A model generated the notes under the pieces. That model worked only from the letters and a program-made list of their open reading frames with translations. It ran no database searches and had not been told where the DNA came from. A DNA stretch of 64,000 nt from Patescibacteria group bacterium (lineage in GTDB: Bacteria > Patescibacteriota > Minisyncoccia > Phycocordibacterales > Phycocordibacteraceae): assembly GCA_018970465.1 (NCBI GenBank), contig JAGWWI010000002.1, positions 4,517 to 68,516 on the forward strand, in the 5' to 3' direction. How positions within the stretch are numbered: the stretch's first letter is position 1; the number at the start of each line of letters is the position of its first letter. The position numbers and the translations under genes are program-made. Below, in pieces: positions 36,496-47,568 of this stretch.

Positions 36496-37065
36496 CTAGA
36501 GGCCCGAGGCTGCGATCCCGCGATTGATGCGCGCGATCGCCTCAAGGCGCTCCGCGCGCGTGCGCGCGAGCGCTGCGGGGCTGAAGTCCGGCTCGGCCGC
36601 CTCCGCCGCGCTCTCGCCGACGCCGAACGCGGCGAGGAGGCCCTCCGCGGCGGCGAGCTCGGCGGCCTCGGCGAGCACCGGGTCGCCCTCGACCAAGGCC
36701 GCGAGGTACCGCGCGAAGAGCGCGTACGCGGCGCGCTCCGGGTGCTCGCCGGGCGAGAGCCGCAGCAGGAGCGCCCCGACCCGGCCCGCGCGCTCGCGCG
36801 CCTCGCTCGAAGCGAGGCGCGCGAACCAGTTCTCGGCGAGGACCGCCCCCGCGAGGCGCCAGCCCTCCGCTCCTGCGACCAGGACCACATCGCTCTCGCA
36901 GAAGGTCGCGAGAGCGTGCGCGAGCTTCGACTCTTGGCGCCGGAGGCCCGCAGCGTATGCGTGGACGACCCCGAGGTCGTCGGTCACGATCGAGAGGCGC
37001 GCGTGCGCCTCGCCGAACGGCGCCCGGCCGAGAACGATCCCGCGCGTCGAATACTTATGCCGCAT
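36496..37065 (-). CDS. recO: DNA repair protein RecO
   Basis: N-terminal OB-fold 'TRGIVLGRAPFGEAHARLSIVTDDLGVVHAYAAGLRR'. Lies immediately downstream of ileS. Confidence 0.65.
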   Translation of the reverse strand: MRHKYSTRGIVLGRAPFGEAHARLSIVTDDLGVVHAYAAGLRRQESKLAHALATFCESDVVLVAGAEGWRLAGAVLAENWFARLASSEARERAGRVGALLLRLSPGEHPERAAYALFARYLAALVEGDPVLAEAAELAAAEGLLAAFGVGESAAEAAEPDFSPAALARTRAERLEAIARINRGIAASGL

Positions 37066-37077
37066 CCTTCGAGTCCC

Positions 37078-40000
37078 TCAAGACGCGTCGCGGACGAGGT
37101 CGAAGCGCGCCTGGCCGGTCGAGAGCTCGACGGCGTACTTCCCCTCCGGCGCCATCTGCGCATGCGCCTTGTCGGCGGGCGCGAGGCCTTCGCTCTTCCG
37201 CGCCTCCGCGACCGCACGCGCGAGTTCGCGCTCGTCGCCCTCTTTGATGAGCTCGGGAGTAAGCGCGGTGTCGAGCGCGAGCGCTTCGCCCTCCACGACC
37301 TCTTTCACATTCACCTCCTCGGCGAGCACCGCTGCGAGCTCCGCAGACAACACCTCAGGAATCGTGAGCTTCGCGAGCGGCTGACGCACTTTCATCCCCG
37401 CTTTTTGACGGAGCATGAGGGCCTCCGAGGCGAGCGAGCGCACCTGCGCCATCTGCTCGACCAGCGCGTCGTCTACCCCCTGCGCAGTCGGCCACGCAGC
37501 GAGGTGCACGCTCACGGGATCATTCTCGCCACGCACGCGGCGATACACATCCTCGGCGAGAAACGGCGCCAAGGGCGCGAAGAGGCGCGCAGAAACGTTG
37601 AGCGTCTCGCGCAAGGTCTCGAGCGCGGCGGCGTCGCCGCCGCGTGCCCGCTCGCGAACGCGCCGCACATACCACTGCGAGAGATCTTCGAAGAGCGCGT
37701 CGACGGTGCGCGAGGCGGTGAAGAGATCGTAGGCGTCGAACGCGGCCGTTGCCTCGCGCACGGCAGCGGCCGTGCGCGCCGCCATCCAGCGGTCGATGAC
37801 CTGCTTCTCGTCCGCGTTCTCTGCCGCATCCTGTCCGCCGGAGGCGGATCCGCCTCCGGTGGAGAAGAGTTCATAGAATTTCGCGCTGTTGTCGAGCCAG
37901 TTGAGGGCCTTCGCCGCTTCGCGGACGGTGCGCTCGTCGTAATTCTTGGAGTCGCCCGCGCCCGTGACGCTGTACATCCAGAGCCGCAAGGCGTCGACGC
38001 CCCACTTCTCGATCTCGACCCACGGGTCGACGACGTTGCCCTTCGACTTGCTCATCTTCGCCCCCTCCGCATCGAGGAGGTGGCCGAGCGAGATCACGTT
38101 CTCGTAGGAGCGGCCGCGGCCCATCAGGACGCCGACGGCAAGCAGCGTGTAGAACCACCCGCGCGTCTGGTCGATCGCCTCGCTGATATAGTCGGCCGGG
38201 TACGCGACGCGCGCGAGAAACGCGTCGAGCGATTCGCCTCCGGCGCGCTCCTTCGCGCTCTGCGCGAACGGCATCGCGCCCGAGTCGAACCACACGTCCA
38301 TCACCTCCGGCACCCGCCGGAGCTCCGTGCCGTTATCCGAAAGGAGCACCACGTCGTCGACATACGGCCGGTGCAGGTCGAGCTCGAAATCGGCGTTATG
38401 CGGCAAGGAGACGAACGGGAGCTCGCGCGGCACACCGTGCGGCACCACGCCCACAGTCGCGTCGACGATCTTCGCAGAAGCGGCGGCATCTGCGCCCTCG
38501 ACGACCGGGAGCAGGGATTCGAACGCGACGCCGTGCGTCACGATGAGGACGCCCTCGCCTGCGCGCGCCTGCTCGACTTCGTAGAGGAACGCGCCGAATC
38601 GCCGCTTCGCATCGAGGTAGCTCTCGCCGCCCGGGAAGGGCGCGTCATACGCGAGCGTCTTGCGGAACGCGAGGAACTCGTCGTACGCCTCCCGCCCGCC
38701 GAAGGAGCCGAAGTTGAGCTCCCGCAGCCGCTCGTCGTAGCGGATCGCTGCCGGGTCGAGCCCGAGCTTCTCGGCGACAAGCTCCGCAGTCTCGCGGGTG
38801 CGCAGCAGAGGCGAAGCGTATATCGCCGTGATCCCCTTGCCAGCGAGCGCCTCCGCGCCCGCCGCGACCTGCCCGCGCCCCTTCTCGGTGAGCCGGTTCG
38901 TCGTGTCGCCGTCGCTGTCGAGGAGGCCGCGCACATTCCCCTCCGACTCGCCGTGGCGCATCACGAAGTAGCGGTTGCCGCTCTTCTTGGTGCGCTTCTT
39001 CAACTCGTCGATCGAGCCCACGACGATGCGCTCGCTGCCGTCCGTGCTCTGCCACACCGGCAACGGCGTGCCCCAGTAGCGCTCGCGCGAGATCGCCCAA
39101 TCCTTCACCCCCGAGAGCCACTCACCCATCCGCCCGTCGCGGATGTACGCCGGTTCCCAGTGGATCTGCTTGTTCTCGCCGACGAGCGTGTCGCGCACAT
39201 CCTGCATGCGGATGTACCAGCTGTCGCGCGCGTAGTAGATGAGCCGCGTCTTGCAGCGCCAGCAGAAGGGGTAGGTGTGCGTGTACGTCTGCTTCGAAAA
39301 TACGCGCTCGCGGCTCTGGAGGTCTTTGAGAATCTCCACCGCCGTCTCCTCGTTGACGACGGACTTGCCCTCGAGGAATCCCGTGCCGGGGATGAACACG
39401 CCCTCCGGATTGACGAGATGCACCTTCGGGAGCCCGACCTTGGTGCCGAGGTCGAAGTCCTCCTGGCCGTACATGACCGCTGTGTGGACAACGCCAGTGC
39501 CCTCCTCGGTCGTGACGAAGTCTGCGGCGTACACCTTGAACGCGTTGGCGAACTTCGCCTTCTCGCTCTCGGGCGCGAGCGCTTTGGCGTACGGATACAG
39601 CGGTTCGTATTCGAGACCGACTAGATCAGAGGCCCCGCAGATATGAGTAATTTCTGAATCTTCCTTTCCGAGCCCTTTGAAAAACGCAGCAGATGCGATG
39701 AGGGAACTATCTCCATCCGCCCACGCAACGTATCTCTCAGTCTCTTTCAAAGGATTGTTCGCGTCGAGAACCGCGAGCGCCACGTTCCCCGGCAGAGTCC
39801 ACGGCGTCGTCGTCCACGCAAGGAGGTACACGTCGCCATCGAGACCTAGTTTCTCTTTTGCGTTGGTGACCTTGAACTTCGCCGTCACCGTAAGGTCCTT
39901 CACGTCCGCGTATCCTTGCGCGAGCTCGTGCGACGAGAGCGCGGTGCCGTCGTGCGGGCACCAGGGCACGACGCGGTAATCCTTATAGAGCCGGCCGTCG

Positions 40001-40551
40001 TCTGCCACATGCTTCACGATGTGCCAGAGCACCTCCATGTAGGGCACGTCGAACGTGAAGTACGCCTTCGACGCGTCCACCCAGTAGCCGATGCGCTTGG
40101 TGAAGCGCGCCCAGAGGTCGATATAGGTGAGCACGCTCTCCCGGCACTTCTGGTTGAACGCGGCGATGCCGTACGCCTCGATATCTTTCTTACTCGAGAA
40201 GCCGAGCTGCTTCTCGACCTCGATCTCGACGGGGAGCCCGTGCGTGTCCCAGCCGGCGCGGCGCGCGACGCGGTAGCCGCGCATCGTCTTATAGCGCGGG
40301 ATCGCGTCCTTGAAGGCCCTCGACTCGAGGTGGTGGATGCCCGGCTTCCCGTTCGCGGTCGGCGGCCCTTCGTAGAAGGTGAACTCGCCGAGCGGCGCGT
40401 CTTTGTCCAAAGACTGCTCGAAGACGCGCTCGCGCTCCCAAAACGCGAGTATCTCCTCCTCCTTGGCCGCCGTAGCGGATTTCTCCGTGGTGACGGCGCG
40501 CTTCGCAGCATCCGACTTCTCCCCTTCTGACATGACAAAAATATAGGCCAT
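37078..40551 (-). CDS. ileS: Isoleucyl-tRNA synthetase with an inserted histidine-phosphatase (PGAM-like) domain and a GGGSASGG insert
   Basis: '[13 protein letters not shown]', '[29 protein letters not shown]', '[14 protein letters not shown]', '[12 protein letters not shown]'. Inserted block '[13 protein letters not shown]...[17 protein letters not shown]...VLIVTHGV' (RHG / TH motifs). ORF track 37078..41019 includes about 155 codons of Arg/Ser-rich read-through upstream of the plausible starts [12 protein letters not shown]. Confidence 0.9.
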   Translation of the reverse strand: MAYIFVMSEGEKSDAAKRAVTTEKSATAAKEEEILAFWERERVFEQSLDKDAPLGEFTFYEGPPTANGKPGIHHLESRAFKDAIPRYKTMRGYRVARRAGWDTHGLPVEIEVEKQLGFSSKKDIEAYGIAAFNQKCRESVLTYIDLWARFTKRIGYWVDASKAYFTFDVPYMEVLWHIVKHVADDGRLYKDYRVVPWCPHDGTALSSHELAQGYADVKDLTVTAKFKVTNAKEKLGLDGDVYLLAWTTTPWTLPGNVALAVLDANNPLKETERYVAWADGDSSLIASAAFFKGLGKEDSEITHICGASDLVGLEYEPLYPYAKALAPESEKAKFANAFKVYAADFVTTEEGTGVVHTAVMYGQEDFDLGTKVGLPKVHLVNPEGVFIPGTGFLEGKSVVNEETAVEILKDLQSRERVFSKQTYTHTYPFCWRCKTRLIYYARDSWYIRMQDVRDTLVGENKQIHWEPAYIRDGRMGEWLSGVKDWAISRERYWGTPLPVWQSTDGSERIVVGSIDELKKRTKKSGNRYFVMRHGESEGNVRGLLDSDGDTTNRLTEKGRGQVAAGAEALAGKGITAIYASPLLRTRETAELVAEKLGLDPAAIRYDERLRELNFGSFGGREAYDEFLAFRKTLAYDAPFPGGESYLDAKRRFGAFLYEVEQARAGEGVLIVTHGVAFESLLPVVEGADAAASAKIVDATVGVVPHGVPRELPFVSLPHNADFELDLHRPYVDDVVLLSDNGTELRRVPEVMDVWFDSGAMPFAQSAKERAGGESLDAFLARVAYPADYISEAIDQTRGWFYTLLAVGVLMGRGRSYENVISLGHLLDAEGAKMSKSKGNVVDPWVEIEKWGVDALRLWMYSVTGAGDSKNYDERTVREAAKALNWLDNSAKFYELFSTGGGSASGGQDAAENADEKQVIDRWMAARTAAAVREATAAFDAYDLFTASRTVDALFEDLSQWYVRRVRERARGGDAAALETLRETLNVSARLFAPLAPFLAEDVYRRVRGENDPVSVHLAAWPTAQGVDDALVEQMAQVRSLASEALMLRQKAGMKVRQPLAKLTIPEVLSAELAAVLAEEVNVKEVVEGEALALDTALTPELIKEGDERELARAVAEARKSEGLAPADKAHAQMAPEGKYAVELSTGQARFDLVRDAS
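37835..37862. repeat. 28-bp palindrome copy 2 (ccgccggaggcggatccgcctccggtgg), inside ileS
   Basis: 27 of 28 positions identical to the tatD copy. Encodes [10 protein letters not shown] in frame within IleRS. Confidence 0.9.
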
Positions 40552-40729
40552 TACGCGATAAAAAGCTAAAAGCCGCGCTATGGCGGCTCCAGCCCGAAGA
40601 ACGGCGAGGGTGGTATCGCGCTTTTGAAAAATGAAAAACGCGAGCCCGACGCGTCTTCTAAGGAACAGGTCAGGTCGTATCTTATAGCACCCTCTCCGTG
40701 CGTTCAATGTGGATAAGCGCTCTCTGTCC

Positions 40730-42403
40730 TCACATCCGCTCCGGCGCGGGGATGCCGAGGAGGGCGAGGCCGTTCGCCATCGTGTTGGCGAAGGCGCGTG
40801 CGACGCGCATCTTATACTCCTCCTCCGGCGAGCCGAGGACCTGCTCGCTCGCGTAGAAGCTATTCCACGCGCCCGCGAGCTCGGTGAGGTAGCTCGTGAG
40901 GATATTCGGCACGAGAAGCTTCGCCGCGCGCGCAGCGACCTCCGGGTAGTGGAGGATGAGCCGCTCGATCGCGTAGGGCTCTTGCGGCTCTTCTTTGCCG
41001 CCCGCCTCTTCCGATTCATACGACAGGATTTTCACCGCGCGCACGAGCGCGTACTGGAGGTACGGCCCCGAGTCGCCCTCCAAGGAGAGCGACTTCTCTG
41101 GTTCGAAGACGATGTCCGCCCCCGGCGCCTGCCGCAGGATCATGTACTTGATCGCGCCTACCGCGACCTGCTCGGCGATGAGCGGATCGGCGTTCTTCTC
41201 GCTCGCCCTTTTGACCACGTCCTCGATGAGGCTTGCGGCGGTGATTACATTCCCCTCTCGCGAGCTCATCTTGCCGGTCGTCAATTTCATAAATCCGTAC
41301 GGCACGTGCTGCGTCTTACCGCCCAGGAGCGGCGCGAGCTCCTTCAACGCTTCGAGAATCACTGCGAAATAACTCGCCTGCTCCTGCGCGGTAGTGACCA
41401 CGGACTTATCCGAAGGCCAGCGCTCCTCCTTCAGGAACGCGAGGCCCATATCCTTCGCTTCGTACGTGGGAGTACCTTGCGATGTAATAAAGACGCGCGT
41501 ATGCAGACCCCGCTTCTCGCCTTTGTAGACGACTGCGCCTTCGCTCTCCTCGAACACGCCTCTCGCCAAGCCGTCGCGCACGACCTTAAGGCCGATCGGC
41601 GCGGTCTCGCTCTCGAAGAAGTAGTAATCGAACTTGGTGCCGAGGACTTTGTAGACCTCTTCGAAAGCCGCGAGCGAGACGTCGCGCCCCTTGCGCCAGA
41701 GCTCCATAAGCGCGCCGCCCTCAGTAAGCGTTAGGGGATCCCCCAGAGCTTGGTAAACCGCGCGGTTGATCGCGTCAATCTCCCCCTTCGCCTCGGGGTC
41801 GTCTTCATATGCGCGATTGCCGGCCACGTACGCCTCGCTGATTTCTGTCGCCGTCGTCGGTTCCGTAATGCCAGCCTTCTGCAAACCCCAGAGCGCTTTA
41901 GCGACGTGCGGGCCAACGTCGCCTTGATAATTGGCGCGCACGATCGTTGCCCCTTCGTTCTGGGTCAGTCTGGCGACCGATTCGCCAATCGTGTTGCCCA
42001 TCACATGCCCGATGTGCATTTCTTTAAAAGGATTCGGCTGCGTGTACTCGATCATCACGCGCTTTCCCGCCTCCGCCTTGCCCTTCCCCCAATCCTCACC
42101 CTTGGCTGCCGCCTCGGCGGTCGAGGCGACCACCTCGCCCGCGGCAAGCGTGATGTTGATGAAGCCGGGGCCGGCGACCTCGACCTTCTCGACCGCGTCG
42201 CCAAGCAGTTCTTTCATCTTCGTGGCAAGCTCCTCCGCCAACTCTCGCGGATTCTTCCCCAGTGCCTTCGCCGCGACCATCGCCGCGTTCGTCGCGTAGT
42301 CGCCATGCGCGGCCTCGGTCGGCCGCTCGAGCGTGAAGGCGGCGCCCGCCGCGCCCGCCGCCGCGAGCGCCTCCCCTACCGCGTCCCGTATCCGCTCCTC
42401 CAT
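40730..42403 (-). CDS. argS: Arginyl-tRNA synthetase
   Basis: '[25 protein letters not shown]' (HIGH-like) and '[11 protein letters not shown]'. Has the N-terminal additional domain and a C-terminal DALR-like region. Confidence 0.9.
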   Translation of the reverse strand: MEERIRDAVGEALAAAGAAGAAFTLERPTEAAHGDYATNAAMVAAKALGKNPRELAEELATKMKELLGDAVEKVEVAGPGFINITLAAGEVVASTAEAAAKGEDWGKGKAEAGKRVMIEYTQPNPFKEMHIGHVMGNTIGESVARLTQNEGATIVRANYQGDVGPHVAKALWGLQKAGITEPTTATEISEAYVAGNRAYEDDPEAKGEIDAINRAVYQALGDPLTLTEGGALMELWRKGRDVSLAAFEEVYKVLGTKFDYYFFESETAPIGLKVVRDGLARGVFEESEGAVVYKGEKRGLHTRVFITSQGTPTYEAKDMGLAFLKEERWPSDKSVVTTAQEQASYFAVILEALKELAPLLGGKTQHVPYGFMKLTTGKMSSREGNVITAASLIEDVVKRASEKNADPLIAEQVAVGAIKYMILRQAPGADIVFEPEKSLSLEGDSGPYLQYALVRAVKILSYESEEAGGKEEPQEPYAIERLILHYPEVAARAAKLLVPNILTSYLTELAGAWNSFYASEQVLGSPEEEYKMRVARAFANTMANGLALLGIPAPERM

Positions 42404-42448
42404 TGCCGCGAGTGTAGCAAAAATCCCCGTACTTCGCAGGGATTTTTG

Positions 42449-43639
42449 CTATCGGGCTCGCGCCTTTTTCATCGTATGCCTGAAGCTCTCATCGAAGAGC
42501 TTGTAATAATCCGCGTAGACATACTTCTGGCCGTAATCGGCCTTACCGAGCGGCTCTAGGATCCGCAACTCTTCGAGACGGTCGATGACCTTATAGGCAC
42601 CAGGCGCGGAGAATCTCGTCCACTCACGTATCTCCGCGACGCCTATGATCGGCTGGCCGAATAGTCGATGCACGACATTCAGCGTGGACTCTGCCGATTT
42701 CTTGCCGAGCTTCTGCACCTTTGCGGTATCGCGCTCTCGCAGGGCGGTGATCGCGGCACATGTCTCGATAGCGGATTCGGCGACCTCCGCAACACCCTCG
42801 AGGAAGAACCCGAGCCAGCCTTCGATGTCCCCGTCTTCGTCGTGGTACTCGTTCAGTTTCTGATAGTAGAGCTTCTGGTGCTGCTTGAAGTAACTCGCGA
42901 GATAGAGCACTGGATGTTCAAGCAGGCCCGCATGATGGATATAGAGGGATACGAGCATACGGCCGGTACGGCCATTCCCGTCCGTGAACGGATGGATGGT
43001 CTCGAATTGCGCATGAATGAATCCTGCCTTGATGAGCGAGGGGTAGTCATCTTTCGCATGAATGAACCTCTCAAGATCGCTAAGCGCCGCACGCATGTCC
43101 GATGGGGCCGGCGGGACGAAGAACGCGTCATGCGGCGTCTTTCCTCCGATCCAGTTCTGCGAACGGCGGAACTCGCCCGGATACGCGTGCTGCGTAGCGC
43201 GAGCGCCCGCCATGAGCTTCTCGTGTATCTCGCGAATGAGTCGGAGCGAAATGGGGAGTGTCTTCGAACGCGCGAGGCCGTAGTTCGCCGCGTGGACGTA
43301 GTGAAGAATATCGTCGACATCCGGCGGGAGCTGAGATTTCTCTTCAGTAACGGGCGCCGCAATCACGTCTTGAAGCGTCGCTTGCGTGCCCTCGATCTGA
43401 CTAGAGAACACTGCGTCCTTGTTGACGAACATCTGCAAGAAATAATCCTTGTCCGGCAAGAGGCGCATGGTGCCATCGAGCTTCCCCACGAGCCGTATCG
43501 CCTCCTCATGCTTCTTGTAGAGCTTAGGCGTAATGGCGAAGCCGCCCGGCGGAGGGAATGGGTAAGGTGTGAAGCTCCGCCAGCCTTCCGGCTGTTTGAC
43601 GAGGCGTCCTATATTCGGCCGTTGGTTGCTCGGGTTCAT
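42449..43639 (-). CDS. Fic/Doc-family protein (AMPylator-type) with a C-terminal wHTH
   Basis: Fic motif 'HPFTDGNGRTGRML'. 396 aa. Region of lower G+C. Antisense ORF 42668..43942 rejected. Confidence 0.85.
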   Translation of the reverse strand: MNPSNQRPNIGRLVKQPEGWRSFTPYPFPPPGGFAITPKLYKKHEEAIRLVGKLDGTMRLLPDKDYFLQMFVNKDAVFSSQIEGTQATLQDVIAAPVTEEKSQLPPDVDDILHYVHAANYGLARSKTLPISLRLIREIHEKLMAGARATQHAYPGEFRRSQNWIGGKTPHDAFFVPPAPSDMRAALSDLERFIHAKDDYPSLIKAGFIHAQFETIHPFTDGNGRTGRMLVSLYIHHAGLLEHPVLYLASYFKQHQKLYYQKLNEYHDEDGDIEGWLGFFLEGVAEVAESAIETCAAITALRERDTAKVQKLGKKSAESTLNVVHRLFGQPIIGVAEIREWTRFSAPGAYKVIDRLEELRILEPLGKADYGQKYVYADYYKLFDESFRHTMKKARAR

Positions 43640-43702
43640 ACCAATATAAACAATATATGTGCTGTAGTTTACATAGTCAAGCTGGATATAAACTACGGGT
43701 GC

Positions 43703-44131
43703 TTAGCGCCCCGTCGTGCCGAAGGCGCCGCGATCGGGGGCGCCCAAGGTGTCGACCTCCTGCCAGGTCACACGGTCGTAGGGGAGGACGATGATCTGCA
43801 CGACGCGCTCGCCGCGCACGACGGTGACCGGCTCCTTGGTGAAGTTGTAGAGGGCTGCGTGATATTCGTCGCCGTCGCCGCAGTAGTCCTCGTCGAGGAT
43901 GCCGATGCCGTTCGCGAGCATCAAGCCGCGCTTCCGCAATGAGCTCCGCGCGGCCATGAGCACGAAGTGCCCGGGCGGGGGCTTCATCGCCACGTTCAGA
44001 TCGAGCACCTCGATCGTCCCCGGCTGGATCACCACGTCCGAGCGCGAGGCAAGGTCCATCGCTGCCGCCCCGGCCGTCTTATATTCCGGCAGCGGCATGT
44101 CCTTCTCTACTCTCCGAATCGGTACCTCCAT
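43703..44131 (-). CDS. dut: dUTP diphosphatase
   Basis: 'KTAGAAAMDL', 'ARSSLRKRGLMLANGIGILDEDYCGD', 'GAFGTTG'. Confidence 0.9.
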   Translation of the reverse strand: MEVPIRRVEKDMPLPEYKTAGAAAMDLASRSDVVIQPGTIEVLDLNVAMKPPPGHFVLMAARSSLRKRGLMLANGIGILDEDYCGDGDEYHAALYNFTKEPVTVVRGERVVQIIVLPYDRVTWQEVDTLGAPDRGAFGTTGR

Positions 44132-44242
44132 GCGAGCGAGTATAACAACTGCCCGTTGTATAGGGCCTTCCTGATGCAGTTCACTTGCTTTTTACGACAA
44201 GGATGGTACGGTTATTGCGGGTAACCAACAAGGAGCAGTCCT

Positions 44243-44650
44243 ATGCCTAAGGTCCTAGTGGGGATGAAGCCCCCAATGTGGCTCTACCGGGACGGGCACA
44301 AGAATGACCTTCCGGACGACGTACTGATTGACTGCGCGTGGGAGCGGCCCGTCGGGCAGGCAATCCCGCGGATGGCCTTCTTCGCGAAAATCGGCGAGAT
44401 GGAGGGTCTCCTCCGCGCGCTCGGTGAGACGGTGGTGACGGCTGACATCCGCATTCACGTCCAGCACGGTGCTGGAGACGTGAGCGGCGAAATCAACGCT
44501 TGGGATCCCGTCTCGAAAGTTGACGCGGAGACAATCCTCGACCGTCTGAACGATCTGATTGCCGCCCTGGCTCGGCACGAAGGAGGGCGGGTGACCTTCA
44601 CCTGCCAAATCATCCGGGCCTACGTTCCCGAAAACGCGCCAGCTCCCTAG
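44243..44650 (+). CDS. Hypothetical protein
   Basis: 135 aa with protein-like composition. The overlapping minus ORF 44255..44794 is Arg/Ser/Pro-rich junk. Confidence 0.45.
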   Translation: MPKVLVGMKPPMWLYRDGHKNDLPDDVLIDCAWERPVGQAIPRMAFFAKIGEMEGLLRALGETVVTADIRIHVQHGAGDVSGEINAWDPVSKVDAETILDRLNDLIAALARHEGGRVTFTCQIIRAYVPENAPAP

Positions 44651-44714
44651 CCGGGAGCACGCGAGAAGAGGCCGCCGCGCAGCGATGCGCGGCGGTTCTG
44701 CGTTTGTCTCTCCG

Positions 44715-46016
44715 CTAGCTGAACGAGTCGGGGATGGGGTGCGCCAGCGCGAGGACCTTGATGGCTTCACGCGCAGCGGGGACATGCGACGCATCGCGGA
44801 GGACGCGGATCATGAGTTCGGCCACCTGACGGCAGTCGTCGGCCGAGAAGCCGCGGGTAGTCATCGCGGGCGTGCCGAAGCGGATGCCGGAGGGGTCAAA
44901 CGGCTTCCTGCTGTCGCCCGCGATCGAGTTCTTGTTGAGCGTGACGCCGACCGCGTCGAGGCGCTCCTCGGCCTCCTTGCCGCCGAGGCCGAAGGAGGAG
45001 AAGACGTCCGCGAGGAGGAGGTGGTTGTCGGTGCCGCCCGTTATGAGGCGCGCGCCCTCGCGGTTGAAGACCTCTGCCATCGCCTGCGCGTTCTCCACTA
45101 CCCGCTTCGCATACTCCTTGAACGACGGCGCGGCCGCCTCGTGGAGCGCGACGGCCTTCGCCGCGATCTGGTGCATGTGCGGCCCGCCCTGGAGGCCGGG
45201 GAAGACCGCGCGGTCGATAAGGGTCGGCAGGTTCTCGATCGTCTTCTCCGGTGCCTTCAGCGGGGAGGAGACGACACCCTTCGAGAGGATCATCCCGCCG
45301 CGGGGGCCGCGCAAGGTCTTGTGCGTCGTCGTCGTCATGAGGTGGAAGCCTTCGTCAAGCGGATTCTTCGCGACGCCGCCCGCGATGAGCCCCGCGATAT
45401 GCGCGACGTCCGCCATCGCGACCGCGCCGACGCCCCGCGCGATCTCCGCGATCCGCCGCCAGTCGAGCTCGCGGGGGTATGCGGAGAAGCCGGCGAGGAC
45501 GATCTTCGGCTTCACCTCCTTCGCGAGCTGCTCGAGCGCGTCGTAGTCGATCTCGCCCGTGTCCGCGTCCTTCATCCCGTAGCGGACGAAGGTGAAGAGC
45601 CGCGCCATGTAGGTCACCGGCGCGCCGTGCGTGAGGTGCCCGCCGTGCGCGAGGTCCATCCCGAGGACGGTGTCGCCCGGCTCGAGCCAGGCGAAGTACG
45701 CAGCGATGTTCGCCGCAGCACCCCCGAGTGGCTGCACGTTCGCGTGGTCGGCGTTGAAGAGCCGCTTCGCGCGCTCGATCGCGAGCTCTTCGAGTGGGTC
45801 GGTGAAGTCCTGCCCGCCGTAGTAGCGCTTGCCGGGGTAGCCCTCGGAATATTTATTGGTGAGCGAGGAGGCCATCGCCTCCTTCACCGCGCGGCTGACG
45901 TAGTTCTCTGAGGGAATGAGCTCGAGGCCCTCGGCCTGCCGCCGGTCTTCGCCCTCGATGAGCCGGGCGACCTCCGGATCCTCGCGTTCGATGAATGGAT
46001 ACCTCGCATCTTCCAT
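44715..46016 (-). CDS. glyA: Serine hydroxymethyltransferase
   Basis: 'LELIPSENYVSRAV', 'GYPGKRYYGGQ', 'VQPLGGAAANIAAYFAWLEPGDTVLGMDLAHGGHLTHG', 'TTTHKTLRGPRGG'. True start at 'MEDARYPFIE', about 46016 (±1-2 nt). The ORF-track N-terminal extension was rejected. Confidence 0.9.
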   Translation of the reverse strand: MEDARYPFIEREDPEVARLIEGEDRRQAEGLELIPSENYVSRAVKEAMASSLTNKYSEGYPGKRYYGGQDFTDPLEELAIERAKRLFNADHANVQPLGGAAANIAAYFAWLEPGDTVLGMDLAHGGHLTHGAPVTYMARLFTFVRYGMKDADTGEIDYDALEQLAKEVKPKIVLAGFSAYPRELDWRRIAEIARGVGAVAMADVAHIAGLIAGGVAKNPLDEGFHLMTTTTHKTLRGPRGGMILSKGVVSSPLKAPEKTIENLPTLIDRAVFPGLQGGPHMHQIAAKAVALHEAAAPSFKEYAKRVVENAQAMAEVFNREGARLITGGTDNHLLLADVFSSFGLGGKEAEERLDAVGVTLNKNSIAGDSRKPFDPSGIRFGTPAMTTRGFSADDCRQVAELMIRVLRDASHVPAAREAIKVLALAHPIPDSFS

Positions 46017-46091
46017 AATGCCGCCAGCATAGCGCAAATCGGCCTCAGACTGTAGGATGCGGCCGGGTTCTAGTTCCAACGGAGACGAGAA

Positions 46092-47018
46092 ATGTCTGGT
46101 GACGCTACACATGCCCGTGCACCCGGCCCACGTTACAAGACTTGGGGGCAACGGAAGCCCGATCGCCAATACCGCGATCGGCTTAGACACATCCTCGACC
46201 ACGGCGTTCTCGCCAAAACCACCCCCCAGGGGGTCGGCGCTCTGACCTGCTTCGGCACCTTGCCGAGCATGGTCTTCCCCATCGAGAACGGTGTGCCGCT
46301 GATCACCGAGCGTCGCCTCCCGTCATGGCGGCAGGCGATTGCTGAGATCATCGCATTCATCAACGGCGCAAGGACGCTCGACGACCTCGAACGTTACGGC
46401 TGCCGTCTATGGAACGGATACCGCACATGGACGGAATGGCAATATGGCCTACCGTTCGGCGACCTCGGCCCCGGCTCCTACGGCGCGGTCTTTCACGACT
46501 ACCCGACAACGGGAGGCGAGAGGTTGAATCAACTTGCAAATGTTGTCGAGCAGATTCAGCAACATCCGCATCTGCGGACTCACCGGGTCACGAACTGGCG
46601 ACCGGACATGACCGCCGAGGGGGCACATCGCAAGGTCCTCATCGCGCCGTGTCACGGCGAGATGCACTTCCGGGTCTTGAATGGGCAGCTCAACCTGATC
46701 ATGAATCAGCGTTCGGGCGACATGCCGCTTGGCGTACCGCACAACATGATCCAGTACGCCGCTCTGCTGCTCATGGTCGCGCAAGTTACAGGGTACGCGC
46801 CAGGGACCTATGTGCACGGCCTCCTGGGCGACATACACGTCTACGAGGATCAAGTGCCTCTCATGCACGAGCTCCTCCAGAGACCCACGGGACGATTCCC
46901 GATCTTACGGCTCGACCCGTCGGTGACCGACCTCTTCGACTTCCGCGCCAAGCACTTCACGCTTGAGGAATACGACGAGGCAGGCCCCACACTCCCCGGC
47001 ATACCATTCAGCCTCTGA
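46092..47018 (+). CDS. thyA: Thymidylate synthase (ThyA type)
   Basis: 'VLIAPCHGEMHFRVLNGQLNLIMNQRSGDMPLGVPHNMIQYAALLLMVAQVTG', catalytic Cys context. Confidence 0.9.
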   Translation: MSGDATHARAPGPRYKTWGQRKPDRQYRDRLRHILDHGVLAKTTPQGVGALTCFGTLPSMVFPIENGVPLITERRLPSWRQAIAEIIAFINGARTLDDLERYGCRLWNGYRTWTEWQYGLPFGDLGPGSYGAVFHDYPTTGGERLNQLANVVEQIQQHPHLRTHRVTNWRPDMTAEGAHRKVLIAPCHGEMHFRVLNGQLNLIMNQRSGDMPLGVPHNMIQYAALLLMVAQVTGYAPGTYVHGLLGDIHVYEDQVPLMHELLQRPTGRFPILRLDPSVTDLFDFRAKHFTLEEYDEAGPTLPGIPFSL

Positions 47019-47082
47019 GCTGCATGGGTGCGTAGCCGCTCCCTACCTGGGGAGCGGCTTTCGCTTTGTCCGCACATGGCGT

Positions 47083-47553
47083 ATGTTCGATAGCATGGCT
47101 CGAAGCAAGCCGCGCGTAGTCGACGTGACGAACGCACTTTCGCGTGACGACTACAAAGAAACTTTGACCAAAATCGCTCAGGCTGGTCTCTGTCCCTTTT
47201 GCGAACAAAACCTCGCAAAACATCACCCAAAGCCTATCGTCGCCAAGAACGCGAGCTGGCTCGCGACCCCGAGCAACTGGCCATACAGAGGGGCGAAGCG
47301 TCACTTCCTTCTCATCGCGCGGCCGCATCTGGAACGTGCCGACAAACTCACGCGCGAGCAGTGGATAGATCTGCACAAACTGCTAATCAAGCTCGTGCGT
47401 TCGTATAAGCTGCGCGGCACTTCGCTTGTAATGCGTTCGGGCGACACTGCATACACGGGCGCCTCGGTGAGCCACCTACACGCACACCTAATAACGGGCC
47501 GGAGGCGTCGGAACCCGAAGGACGAGATAGTCGCGCCCATTGGGTATTTTTGA
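47083..47553 (+). CDS. HIT-family (histidine triad) nucleotide hydrolase/transferase
   Basis: 'CPFCEQN' zinc-like motif and the histidine triad 'SHLHAHLI'. ORF track start 46963 overlaps thyA, so an internal Met was used. Confidence 0.7.
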   Translation: MFDSMARSKPRVVDVTNALSRDDYKETLTKIAQAGLCPFCEQNLAKHHPKPIVAKNASWLATPSNWPYRGAKRHFLLIARPHLERADKLTREQWIDLHKLLIKLVRSYKLRGTSLVMRSGDTAYTGASVSHLHAHLITGRRRRNPKDEIVAPIGYF

Positions 47554-47568
47554 CAAACAGAAGCTCCC

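Noticed and set aside
36289-39624. 1111-aa plus-strand ORF, the longest in the track
   Set aside because: - It lies antisense to ileS.
- Its translation is Arg/Ala/Gly/Glu-dominated with no motifs.
- The minus frame carries unmistakable IleRS signatures.
- It is a classic high-G+C antisense artefact.
45961-45990. 'cctccggatcctcgc' inside glyA as a third copy of the GGATCC palindrome
   Set aside because: - Only 'cctccggatcc' is shared.
- The flanks do not complete the 28-bp palindrome and do not encode the GGGSASGG peptide.
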